Origin: Nitrospira japonica
Lineage (GTDB): Bacteria; Nitrospirota; Thermodesulfovibrionia; UBA6902
Assembly (NCBI GenBank): GCA_020723105.1
Contig: DYJL01000017.1
Coordinates: 1,395-65,394, forward strand
Direction of reading: 5' to 3'
DNA: 64,000 nt
Shown here: piece by piece, positions 20,713-30,028 of the stretch
Layout of the letters: every line of letters begins with the position of its first letter
Numbering within the stretch: the first letter of the stretch is position 1
Made by a program: the position numbers and the translations under genes
Notes under the pieces: generated by a model
The model's database searches: none
Told to the model about the DNA's origin: nothing
What the model saw: only the letters and a program-made list of their open reading frames with translations

Positions 20713-22752
20713 ATGACAAAATCACTTTTATTAGAAATAGGTTCCGAAGAAATACCCGCCAGATTTGTTCTCAGAGGTCTTACGATATTAAAAGAAGAGG
20801 TTACGAATTTTCTTGATAGCGCCTCAATAGAATATGGCACGGTCTCCGAATATGCCACGCCGAGAAGACTTACAATATACATTGAGAACATTCCTGATAT
20901 GCAAAAAGACAGGATTATAGAAACATTTGGCCCACCAAAGAAGGTTGCCTTTGACGATAAAGGCCTCCCTACAAAAGCCGCTATCGGTTTTGCAAAATCT
21001 CTCAATGTCCATGTTGACAAACTTCAGATTGTTAAAACAGATCGGGGAGAATACGTTGCTGCAACTGTCGAGGAAAAAGGTAAAGCAACAAAAGATGTCT
21101 TATGCGATGGTTTACCAAAAATATTATCGTCTCTTCAACTGCCGAAAACAATGAGATGGGGTGACGGTTCATTGAGGTTTTTCAGGCCGGTTCGCTGGAT
21201 TGTGGCAATGCTCGGCAGCGAGGTCTTGTCATTTGAACTTGACGGTATAAAGAGCAGCAATATTTCATACGGTCACAGGTTTCTCTCGCCGGATGCATTT
21301 GAGATTGAAGACCCTTCCGAATATCTATCCCTCCTTTTTAAAAACTGTGTAACTGCAAATCATTCAGAAAGAAAACAATTTATCCTTACAGAGATAGAAA
21401 AGATTGAATCTGATAAAAATCTTAAGGTTCATGAAGATGAGGAACTGGTTGACACAATTACCTTCCTTGTGGAATATCCCACTCTGGTTCTGGGGAGTTT
21501 TGATGATAAATATCTGGCGCTGCCGAAAGAGCTTCTTATAACTGTAATGAGAACTCATCAGAAATATTTCTCAACCGAAAATAAAGAAGGAAACATCCTT
21601 TCTTCTTTTATTGTCGTAAGCAACACAAAAGCCGAAAACAGCAATATTGTCAGAAAAGGCGCAGAACGCGTTCTTCGTGCAAGGCTTGAAGATGCAAGAT
21701 TTTACTATACAGAAGACCAAAGAACGCCTTTGCAGGATTACACCGAGAAGTTGAAAAAGGTGACTTTTCAGGAAAAACTCGGAAGCATCTACGACAAAGT
21801 CGAGCGCATGAAGTCTTTATGCTCTTTCATTGCAGACAAAATTAACTTTCCATCAAGAGAGAAACTCCTGCGCGCTGCATTGCTTTCGAAGGCAGACCTG
21901 GTGACTGGTATTGTGAGGGAATTTCCCGAGCTTCAGGGTTATATGGGGATGATATATGCATTGAACTCAGGCGAAGACAGAGAAATTGCAGCTGCAATCC
22001 ATGAACATTATCTGCCTAAATCCGCCGGCGATGCCCTCCCTTCCGGAGAAATAGGCACCATAGTATCGCTTGCCGATAAGACAGACAATATCGCCTCATT
22101 CTTTTATCTCGGCTTAATCCCATCAGGCTCCGAAGATCCGTTTGCACTAAGACGTCAGGCTGCAGGAATAATAAACATCCTCCAAAATAATGACTATCCA
22201 CTGTCAGTAGACACTATCATAGATAAGGCTCTTGAAAATTTATTGGTTGCATCAAATGAGAAACCAATACTCACAAACCAAATACTGCAATTCTTCAACC
22301 AGAGAGTTGAAGGAATGTTATTGTCACAAGGTTACAGCTATGATATCGTCAACGCTGTGCTTGCAGTAAAAGGGTTGAATATGAAAGATCTGAAATGTAG
22401 AGTCAACACCCTCATGATGTTTAAAAAAGAACCCTCATTCCCGGCCCTTCTTATTGCAGCAAAAAGGGTATACAACATTCTTGTTAAAGCACAGCCCTCA
22501 ACTGTAAACCCGGAATTTCTGACCGATTCTGCCGAGAAAGAATTATACAGCACTGTCAGAAAAACTAAAGACCGTGTTTCGGGTGAAGATTTCATAGCAT
22601 TATTCGATCTCGAAAAACATATAAATACATTTTTCGATAGTGTTCTCGTTATGGACAAGGATGAGAAGATCAAAAATAACAGGCTCGCCCTTCTCTTCTC
22701 TGTGAAAAATGTTTTTGATACTCTCGGAGATTTTTCAAAGATAGTGGAATAA
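20713..22752 (+). CDS. glyS: Glycine--tRNA ligase beta subunit
   Basis: LLEIGSEEIPA, TPRRL, EFPELQGYMG, GSEDPFALRR, NNRLALL. Confidence 0.97.
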   Translation: MTKSLLLEIGSEEIPARFVLRGLTILKEEVTNFLDSASIEYGTVSEYATPRRLTIYIENIPDMQKDRIIETFGPPKKVAFDDKGLPTKAAIGFAKSLNVHVDKLQIVKTDRGEYVAATVEEKGKATKDVLCDGLPKILSSLQLPKTMRWGDGSLRFFRPVRWIVAMLGSEVLSFELDGIKSSNISYGHRFLSPDAFEIEDPSEYLSLLFKNCVTANHSERKQFILTEIEKIESDKNLKVHEDEELVDTITFLVEYPTLVLGSFDDKYLALPKELLITVMRTHQKYFSTENKEGNILSSFIVVSNTKAENSNIVRKGAERVLRARLEDARFYYTEDQRTPLQDYTEKLKKVTFQEKLGSIYDKVERMKSLCSFIADKINFPSREKLLRAALLSKADLVTGIVREFPELQGYMGMIYALNSGEDREIAAAIHEHYLPKSAGDALPSGEIGTIVSLADKTDNIASFFYLGLIPSGSEDPFALRRQAAGIINILQNNDYPLSVDTIIDKALENLLVASNEKPILTNQILQFFNQRVEGMLLSQGYSYDIVNAVLAVKGLNMKDLKCRVNTLMMFKKEPSFPALLIAAKRVYNILVKAQPSTVNPEFLTDSAEKELYSTVRKTKDRVSGEDFIALFDLEKHINTFFDSVLVMDKDEKIKNNRLALLFSVKNVFDTLGDFSKIVE

Positions 22753-22753
22753 G

Positions 22754-23356
22754 GTCAGGTCTTAACGGAAGGATTTATCAGATAACAGTCCAGATCAAAT
22801 TTACCCTGCCGCAGCAAGGCTTCCACTGCCCTGCTCTCCTCAGGTCTGGCTTCAGGGCGTCAATTGGAAACTCAACCCCGTTTCCTCAGCCAGGTCAATA
22901 AACTCCGACGGAGGGACCAGGCCCCGGACCGGATGCCGCCACCTTATGAGGGCCTCCACGCCGGCAATCCTGCCGTCCCGCATCTACACTATTGGTTGAT
23001 AGTGGAGCAGAAATTCGTTCTGTTTTATCGCCTGCCTGAGGTCCGTCTCGAGCTGCATGCGGGCCAGGGTGCTCACGTACATCCTTTTGTCGAATATCTC
23101 ATACCTCCCATTGCCGCTGCTCTTGGCGTAAAACATGGCGATGTCCGCGTCGCGCAGAACATGTTCAGGCCTCTCATATCCAGTTGTGTTGAAGGTTATG
23201 CCTATGCTTACGGAAGTAAATATTTCCCTGCCGTAGCAATTAAAAGGCCTCGATATCATCTCGTGAATGCGCTCCGCAACAGCCACGGCCTCTTTTTCCT
23301 CCTTCAGGTCCTCAAGGAGTATGACGAACTCATCTCCTCCAAAACGGGCGATCGTG
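22754..23356 (-). pseudogene. GGDEF-EAL phosphodiesterase/cyclase remnant
   Basis: [70 protein letters not shown] with an in-frame TAG at 22984-22986. Most of EAL is deleted, leaving only a C-terminal ARP..EALL stub, and the 5' end is cut by the IS remnant. Confidence 0.85.
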
Positions 23357-23877
23357 AAAAGACGGAAGAGCCGCCTTCATGGGCAGCAGTGGATATCAAT
23401 CGAGTCAGTGTCGAGAGGCTTCGTGGTTTTGGCGAGTTCATCCCGGCGTTGAAGTGAAAAAATGTGCAAGCCCCGAAGGCGCAGAGGAAGTCTTTGTGCT
23501 TTGTCGCGCTGCTTCTTTGTTTGACGTGACAGTTACGGAGACAACAACAGGAAAAAACATTTGACCGAAGTGGAAGATGCCTTCAGGACAGAAAAGAACG
23601 ATCTCGGCATGAGGCCTCGGTACTGCCCCAAGAAAATTCATTGAGGAGATGCGGGAAGTAAAATCCCTTGATGTATTGCTTCCTGCAAAAGACAATACCA
23701 TCAGAATGAGAGTGGTCTCTACACCTTCAAAAGAACTGAAGGTGCTGCTGCATAGGATGAAAATTCTTATGCCCAATAGAGCGAAGATTATCGAAAATGT
23801 AGTGAAGAAAATCGCCTGATCTGAAGCGTAATCTATTGAATTAATTTACTTTCAACTCTTGAACTGCGGAAGATGGG
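23357..23877 (+). mobile_element. Internally deleted IS1634-like transposase remnant with right end
   Basis: Discontinuous pieces WAAVDINRVSVERLRGFGE / VHPGVEVKKC..EEVFVLCR / GLGTAPRKFIEEMREVKSLDVLLP..RVVSTP..NVVKKIA*; ends in aactgcggaagatggg, which resembles IS1634 termini. Confidence 0.7.
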
Positions 23878-24400
23878 TTAAATATCCGTCGATATCTTTC
23901 ACTCCATGCCCTTTTAAATAAACGACCTGGAAAATATACCCTGTCGACGTAGCCCTGTCCACAAAGGCAAAGACCCTGCCTTTCATAAGTTCAACGCTGG
24001 TTATCCCGCTGTCTTTCCGCGTAAAAATATACCCCTTGTATGTTGAATTGCCGTCTGGGTTAACAGGTCTTGCAAGTGGCTCGACACCGAGTTTTATGAT
24101 GGCAAGGGCCCCGGTAAAACTCCCCCAGAAGGTGCCGTCCATCTTCTCCTGCTGAAACCTTTCGATTATATTCCCGTATCTCGAAAGGACGGAGAACCTG
24201 ATTTTCACGCCCGTCTTTTTTTCGATGTACTTCCCAAGAGGCTCATATCTTTTAAACTGCTTAAAGACATTCTGCTCCGGGATAAGGCCTATGGTAAGCT
24301 CTTCGGCATGCAACAACCCCGAAGAAAAGAAGATAAAAAGAAAAACCGAGATAAAATAATGCATTTGTCTCATATCAGCATTCTTTATACTGTTATTCAA
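23878..24400 (-). pseudogene. PhnD/phosphonate-type substrate-binding protein, truncated by the IS end
   Basis: Signal peptide, LTIGLIPEQ..RYEPLGKYI..YKGYIFTRKDSGI..FAFVDRATSTGYIF; the reading frame runs into the IS terminus at 23877. Confidence 0.8.
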
Positions 24401-24409
24401 TTTCTTTTT

Positions 24410-24437
24410 ATATCGGAATTATTACTAAAAAACTTAA
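24410..24437 (-). promoter_or_regulatory. Sigma28 (FliA)-type promoter
   Basis: Minus strand TTAAG-N15-TCCGATAT just upstream of the PhnD-like gene. Confidence 0.5.
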
Positions 24438-24574
24438 GGTTAAGCGGTCCTTATTCACAGCTTTTTTATGATATTTTTTGTTTGAATTTAGGCTTTGTTT
24501 TTGTGTAAAATAACTGACTCTGTAAGTCTATTTGATTTTCAAACTATAAACCTTTACATTTCGGGAGGATTAAT

Positions 24575-27343
24575 ATGGCAAAGAAATACGTATACTTTTT
24601 TGGCGCGGGCAAGGCCGACGGCAACGCGGGCATGAAAAATCTCCTCGGAGGCAAGGGCGCAAACCTTGCCGAGATGGCGGGACATCCCTCGCTGAGGCTT
24701 CCGGTCCCACCCGGTTTCACTATCACCACAGAGGTCTGTACACTTTACTATGCAAACAACCGCAAGTATCCCAAAGAATTAAAGCCGCAGGTTGAAGCAT
24801 CCCTTGCAAGAGTTGAAAAAATCCTTGGCAAGAAATTTGGCGACCCGGTAAACCCCCTTCTCATGTCTGTACGTTCTGGCGCACGCAGTTCAATGCCAGG
24901 AATGATGGAAACGGTTTTAAACGTCGGTCTCACCACAAATACAATCCACGGACTTATCAGAAAAACCAGCAACGAGCGTTTTGTGTATGATGCTTACCGC
25001 CGTTTAATGATGATGTATTCCGACGTTGTAATGGAAAAGGCAGCAGGTATTGAGCCGGAAGACGGTCATGGCATCCGCCATAAACTCGAACATGCAATGG
25101 ATAATTTAAAGAAAGCAAAAAACTATAAAAATGACACTGATATGACCGTTGAAGATCTGAAACAGTTATGCGATGAATTTAAAAAAATAATCAAAAATAC
25201 CTTGCACAAAGAATTTCCTGACAACCCAATGGAACAGCTTTGGGGCGGCATCGGCGCTGTTTTCCAGTCCTGGATGGGTAAACGCGCTGTCTCATACCGC
25301 AAAATTGAAGGTATCCCGGGTGACTGGGGAACAGCAGTTAATGTGCAGGCCATGGTCTTCGGCAATACCGGCAATACTTCAGCAACAGGTGTTGCATTTA
25401 CCCGTAACCCAGCTACCGGCGAAAATATGTTTTTTGGTGAATGGCTGCCTAATGCGCAAGGTGAAGACGTAGTTGCAGGAATCAGAACCCCCAATCCTGT
25501 CAACAAGGCAGGCAAGACCGACGATACTAAACATCTGCCTTCTCTCGAAGAGGCCATGCCCAAGTTATACAAAGAACTGTATTCATATCAGAAGAGACTC
25601 GAGAAGCACTACACCGACATGCAGGACTTAGAGTTTACCATTGAGAACGGCAAACTCTGGATGCTTCAGACAAGGGTAGGTAAACGCAATGGACCATCTG
25701 CTATCCGCATGGCAGTTGAAATGGCAAAGCAGAAACTTATCTCCAAAGAGACCGCTGTGCTTCGCGTCAAGCCTGATCAGATTGATGAACTCTTACATCC
25801 AAGTGTGGATCCGATTGCAGAAGAAGACGCAGTGCAGCTTGCAAAGGGACTGCCAGCAGGACCAGGCGGTGCCGTAGGCAAAGTCGTATTTACTGCCGAT
25901 GATGCAGAAGCATGGGCGAAAAAAGGTGAAAAGGTAATTCTCGTCAGAAATGAAACCTCTCCTGAAGATGTTCACGGTATGCATGCAGCAGAAGCGATTC
26001 TAACTGCAAAAGGCGGAATGACAAGCCATGCAGCTCTTGTTGCAAGAGGCTGGGGAAAATGCTGTATCGTGGGCTGCTCCGAGCTTCATATTGATGCAGG
26101 GAAAAAAGAGATTCATGTCAATGGCAAGCTCGTCAGAGAAGGCGAATGGATCACTCTAAACGGCACAAAGGGACGTGTATATGAAGGCAAACTTGGCCTT
26201 CTTCCTGCTGACCCGGATCATAATAAATGGTATAAGGAATTAATGAAATGGGCTGATCAGATAAGAACCTTAAAAGTCAGAACAAATGCTGACACCCCGC
26301 AAGACTCCGAAACAGCACGAAAATATGGCGCAGAAGGTATTGGACTTTGCAGAACCGAGCACATGTTCTTCGGCCCTGACAGGATTAAAGCCGTCAGAGA
26401 GATGATACTCTCCGATACCCTTGAAGGAAGACAGAAGGCACTGGCAAAACTCCTTCCATTTCAAAAGGAAGATTTTCTTGGCATCTTCAAGGCAATGAAA
26501 GGTCTACCTGTTACAGTCAGACTGTTGGATCCGCCACTGCATGAATTCCTTCCGCATACCGACAATGAACTGCGCGATCTTGCCAGCGATATGGGTGTTT
26601 CATTTGATAAACTGAATGCAAAGAACCAGTCTCTCCATGAATTCAACCCGATGCTCGGCCATAGAGGCTGCCGCCTTGGAGTAACTTTCCCGGAAATTTA
26701 TGGAATGCAGGCTCAGGCCATAATGGAAGCTGCATGTGAACTTACAAAAGAAAAAGTGAAGGTCATCCCTGAAATCATGATTCCACTCGTAGGGCATGTA
26801 AAAGAGCTTGAAGCCATGAAAGACGTTGTTATTTCTGTTGCAACCAATGTGCAAAAGGAATACAAGGTAAAAGTTCCGTACACAGTTGGCACCATGATTG
26901 AGCTGCCAAGAGCCTGCGTGACCTCTGACCAGATTGCTGCGATTGCAGACTTTTATTCATTTGGTACAAATGATCTCACACAAACAACTTATGGCCTTTC
27001 AAGAGATGATGCCGGAAGATTCCTGCCGTTTTACGTCGAACATAAGATACTCGGTGAAGATCCGTTTATCACTATTGATATCGAAGGGGTTGGAACAATG
27101 ATGAAGATGGCTGTTGAAAAAGGTCGGTCGGTCAAGAAAAATCTGAAGATGGGCATCTGCGGAGAGCACGGCGGTGAACCAAAATCCGTTGAGTTCTGCC
27201 ACAATATCGGACTCGATTATGTCAGTTGTTCACCCTTCAGGGTGCCGATAGCAAGATTCGCAGCTGCACAAGCGATACTGAAAGAGAAATCTACAAAGGC
27301 TGTGAAAAAGGCCGGCAAAAAAGTTCAAAAAAAGAAAAAATAA
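24575..27343 (+). CDS. ppdK: Pyruvate, phosphate dikinase
   Basis: LLGGKGANLAEM, SVRSGARSSMPGMM, phospho-His motif GGMTSHAA, GIGLCRTEHMF, GICGEHGG. Confidence 0.98.
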   Translation: MAKKYVYFFGAGKADGNAGMKNLLGGKGANLAEMAGHPSLRLPVPPGFTITTEVCTLYYANNRKYPKELKPQVEASLARVEKILGKKFGDPVNPLLMSVRSGARSSMPGMMETVLNVGLTTNTIHGLIRKTSNERFVYDAYRRLMMMYSDVVMEKAAGIEPEDGHGIRHKLEHAMDNLKKAKNYKNDTDMTVEDLKQLCDEFKKIIKNTLHKEFPDNPMEQLWGGIGAVFQSWMGKRAVSYRKIEGIPGDWGTAVNVQAMVFGNTGNTSATGVAFTRNPATGENMFFGEWLPNAQGEDVVAGIRTPNPVNKAGKTDDTKHLPSLEEAMPKLYKELYSYQKRLEKHYTDMQDLEFTIENGKLWMLQTRVGKRNGPSAIRMAVEMAKQKLISKETAVLRVKPDQIDELLHPSVDPIAEEDAVQLAKGLPAGPGGAVGKVVFTADDAEAWAKKGEKVILVRNETSPEDVHGMHAAEAILTAKGGMTSHAALVARGWGKCCIVGCSELHIDAGKKEIHVNGKLVREGEWITLNGTKGRVYEGKLGLLPADPDHNKWYKELMKWADQIRTLKVRTNADTPQDSETARKYGAEGIGLCRTEHMFFGPDRIKAVREMILSDTLEGRQKALAKLLPFQKEDFLGIFKAMKGLPVTVRLLDPPLHEFLPHTDNELRDLASDMGVSFDKLNAKNQSLHEFNPMLGHRGCRLGVTFPEIYGMQAQAIMEAACELTKEKVKVIPEIMIPLVGHVKELEAMKDVVISVATNVQKEYKVKVPYTVGTMIELPRACVTSDQIAAIADFYSFGTNDLTQTTYGLSRDDAGRFLPFYVEHKILGEDPFITIDIEGVGTMMKMAVEKGRSVKKNLKMGICGEHGGEPKSVEFCHNIGLDYVSCSPFRVPIARFAAAQAILKEKSTKAVKKAGKKVQKKKK

Positions 27344-27352
27344 TTCTATTGC

Positions 27353-27395
27353 AAAAAAAGAGCGCCAGGGATTATTTCCCTGGCGCTCTTTTTTT
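27353..27395. terminator. Bidirectional intrinsic terminator
   Basis: aaaaaaagagcgccaggga-ttatt-tccctggcgctcttttttt between convergent ppdK and dedA. Confidence 0.9.
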
Positions 27396-27515
27396 GGAGT
27401 TCAATTTATGAACGGAAGTGGAATTAAAATCCGCATGAAAAGCGGAGAAGCAGGACGAGTAAAAAAGATATCGGCTTAGAAATTGCCTTTGAAATAAATT
27501 CGACCGTTACATCCA

Positions 27516-28136
27516 TTATTCCCCCATAATTGTACCTATATGCCTTTTCCTCTTATGCGATCGTATATAAAAATAAATAATGACGATGCTAACGAGCACC
27601 ACAACTATCAGTGTCTGGTGGGAATATTTAACAATCAATTCCTGATTTGCTCCAATAAAGTAACCGATATAGGTAAGGATCGTCACCCATATACCAGCGC
27701 CTGCCAGCGTATAAAAAGAGAACTTGAAGTGGTTCATACCTGCAAGTCCGGCTGGCAATGAAATCAGGTGCCGTACTACAGGCAACAATCTTCCGATGAA
27801 AGTGGATATCTCGCCATGGTCCTGAAAATACTTTTCCACCTTGGCAAACTTTTCTTCAGTAATCCACACATATTTTCCATATCTTAACAAAAGCGGCCTG
27901 CCGAGATAATGAGCGGCAAAATAATTTGCATAGGCCCCTACGAGACTTCCTATAGTGCCCCAGAAAATAGCAATCCAGATATGCATCTTCCCTTGCTGGG
28001 CAAGATATCCTGCTGGGGGCATTACCAACTCGCTTGGAACAGGAATTATCGAACTTTCCATAGCCATAAGCAAAAAAATGCCCAGATAGCCCAAGTCGCC
28101 TATGGTATTAACCAGCCACATAATCAATTCATGCAT
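27516..28136 (-). CDS. DedA family membrane protein
   Basis: LMAMESSIIPVPSELVMPPAG, GRLLPVVRHLISLPAG. Confidence 0.92.
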   Translation of the reverse strand: MHELIMWLVNTIGDLGYLGIFLLMAMESSIIPVPSELVMPPAGYLAQQGKMHIWIAIFWGTIGSLVGAYANYFAAHYLGRPLLLRYGKYVWITEEKFAKVEKYFQDHGEISTFIGRLLPVVRHLISLPAGLAGMNHFKFSFYTLAGAGIWVTILTYIGYFIGANQELIVKYSHQTLIVVVLVSIVIIYFYIRSHKRKRHIGTIMGE

Positions 28137-28195
28137 AATGTTGACCTCTCTTTATTGATTTATTCCGTTATAGTATAACCGTACCGCAATATTAC

Positions 28196-28223
28196 AAAAA
28201 AAAGGCGGGGTTTTATCCCGCCC
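28196..28223 (-). terminator. Intrinsic terminator
   Basis: Minus strand GGCGGG-ATAAAAC-CCCGCC-TTTTTTTT. Confidence 0.8.
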
Positions 28224-28476
28224 TCTTTGTCAAGCTTAAAGCCTAACTATATGGGGGTGAAATAACCGCCGCCGCTGCATTCTATATAATATTTCTCCAC
28301 GAATAAAACTTACTACTTTCAATTAGTTACATATAATATATAAAGCTTTACATAAAGTTAACTTTATGTTTAACAACATATGTCACTTATTACTTTTTAC
28401 CGTGGAATTGTAAGTTAAGTATACCAGTTCAGGCAGTCATATGTCCAGCTTACAATAATATCACCTGATAACGATC

Positions 28477-28953
28477 TTATTTCCCTCTTTTTTGGATTAT
28501 AGATCGTCTGGCAAGTAAATCAGCTTCTTTGTTCATCTCCCTGGGAACATGTGTAACAATATAATGAGAGAACTCTTTAAGAGCTTTCATGGCCCGGTTC
28601 CACAAGGGTATTAACTTCTCGTTTTTAACTCTGTAAATTCCATTTATCTGCCTTACAAGAAGTTCGGAATCCATAAATATCTTTATATTTCGAATTCCTA
28701 ACGACCTTGCTGCTTCAAGCCCCTTTAATAAGGCAGAATACTCGGCTACATTATTTGTAGCAGTCCCAATATATTCCGATATCCTGTGGCTCTTGTCTTT
28801 TCCTGACTGTCCGCTATCGTCACTTATAATAGTAATAACAACTCCTATCCCGGAAGGTCCGGGATTCCCGCTTGATGCACCGTCACAATACATTTCAGCA
28901 TATCCAGTATCAAATAAATTCGGCTGATCCATCTGCTGTAAATATTTAGTCAT
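28477..28953 (-). CDS. rnhA: Ribonuclease HI (archaeal/actinobacterial-like type)
   Basis: YCDGASSGNPGPSGIG, ATNNVAEYSAL, DSELLVRQING, HVPREMNKEADLLA. Confidence 0.9.
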   Translation of the reverse strand: MTKYLQQMDQPNLFDTGYAEMYCDGASSGNPGPSGIGVVITIISDDSGQSGKDKSHRISEYIGTATNNVAEYSALLKGLEAARSLGIRNIKIFMDSELLVRQINGIYRVKNEKLIPLWNRAMKALKEFSHYIVTHVPREMNKEADLLARRSIIQKRGK

Positions 28954-29001
28954 GAAATCTGTGGGGGGAATAATTTCAGTGAGTCTGCACTAAAAAATGT
29001 T

Positions 29002-29709
29002 TTACTGCTCTTTATAATAAAGGAATCTCTTACAGTAATAGCAGTTAAAAATGTTTTCGTTTTTTTTGATATCGTTATATTGCTGGGGTGGAATATTTGT
29101 ATTGCAACCAAAACAGATTTCGTTTTTAGTCTGCACAACAGCGACTCCCCCTGACCGTTTTAACAGATTCATGTATTGTTCGTAAACATCACTCTCTATC
29201 TTTGCGACAAATTCTTTCCTTTTGGTCTTGAACATTTCCATTTCTGCGTGAAATTTTGCTTTCTCGTCTTCAAGCATCTTCTCCTGATGCTTAAGTTCTT
29301 CTTCCAGATTTTTAACTTTTATTTCTTCCTTCTGCGAATTTTTCGTATGAGCTTCCAGAGCCTCCATCATAACCAGGACTTCGTCCTCTATTTTAAACTT
29401 TTCCTTTTCAAATCCCTCTATTTCTTTCAGGTATGCTTCATATTCCTTATTAGTCTTTATATCCTTGCCCTTAGATTTAAGTTTATTGATTTTCTCCTGC
29501 AGTTCTTCAGCTTCCAATTCCTTATTTTTCTTATTCTTGGTTAACGCATCAAATTGTGCCTTGACCTTCTGTAGTGCATTGCTGGCTTCTTTGAATGGAG
29601 CTTTATATTGTTCCAATTGACCCGGAAGTGATTCAATCTTATCAGCTATTGACAGGATAGAGGAATCTATTTCCTGAAGCTCGACCAGAAGTTTTAATTG
29701 TTCATTCAA
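29002..29709 (-). CDS. Coiled-coil C4 zinc-ribbon protein (DUF164/CT398-like)
   Basis: LVELQEIDS, long coiled coil, CFGC..CYYCKRFLY. Confidence 0.9.
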   Translation of the reverse strand: MNEQLKLLVELQEIDSSILSIADKIESLPGQLEQYKAPFKEASNALQKVKAQFDALTKNKKNKELEAEELQEKINKLKSKGKDIKTNKEYEAYLKEIEGFEKEKFKIEDEVLVMMEALEAHTKNSQKEEIKVKNLEEELKHQEKMLEDEKAKFHAEMEMFKTKRKEFVAKIESDVYEQYMNLLKRSGGVAVVQTKNEICFGCNTNIPPQQYNDIKKNENIFNCYYCKRFLYYKEQ

Positions 29710-29726
29710 TTGCCCCTCCCAAAACA

Positions 29727-29793
29727 GGCTACAAGTTAAAAGTTATGAGTTGAATAATTTCCATTTTCACTTTCTGCTTGTCACTTTCAACTT
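29727..29793. repeat. Inverted pair of degenerate heptamer arrays
   Basis: GGCTACA AGTTAAA AGTTATG AGTTGAA, then TTCCATT TTCACTT TCTGCTT GTCACTT TCAACTT. Confidence 0.6.
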
Positions 29794-29799
29794 TTCTGT

Positions 29800-29875
29800 T
29801 GGTGGGCCCACCAGGACTCGAACCTGGGACCAACCGGTTATGAGCCGGTAGCTCTACCAACTGAGCTATGGGCCC
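29800..29875 (-). tRNA. tRNA with CAT anticodon, most likely tRNA-Ile2 (lysidine)
   Basis: GGGCCCATAGCTCAGTTGGTAGAGCTACCGGCTCATAACCGGTTGGTCCCAGGTTCGAGTCCTGGTGGGCCCACCA; 76 nt, encoded CCA, paired G1-C72 (so not an initiator). Confidence 0.93.
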
Positions 29876-30028
29876 TGCTTATTAAATTTTAACATGACAT
29901 TCTATGATAAAACGCTCATAAAAGTAAACTCTAACATCGCCTGGAATCGCAATTCACTCATCATAAAAATCACAACTTCTATAATTTATGAGTTGAAGTT
30001 TCTCATCCTCATCATTCATAATAACCCC

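Noticed and set aside
22984-22986. In-frame TAG in the GGDEF-EAL fragment as possible pyrrolysine or read-through
   Set aside because: The gene is also 5'-truncated and internally deleted, so a nonsense mutation in a pseudogene is the simpler explanation.
22864-23457. 197-aa plus-strand ORF
   Set aside because: It is the antisense shadow of the GGDEF-EAL remnant running into the IS fragment.
28224-28476. rnpB, often found after this zinc-ribbon/rnhA pair
   Set aside because: No GAGGAAAGUCC or 3' conserved motifs; the region is too short and AT-rich.
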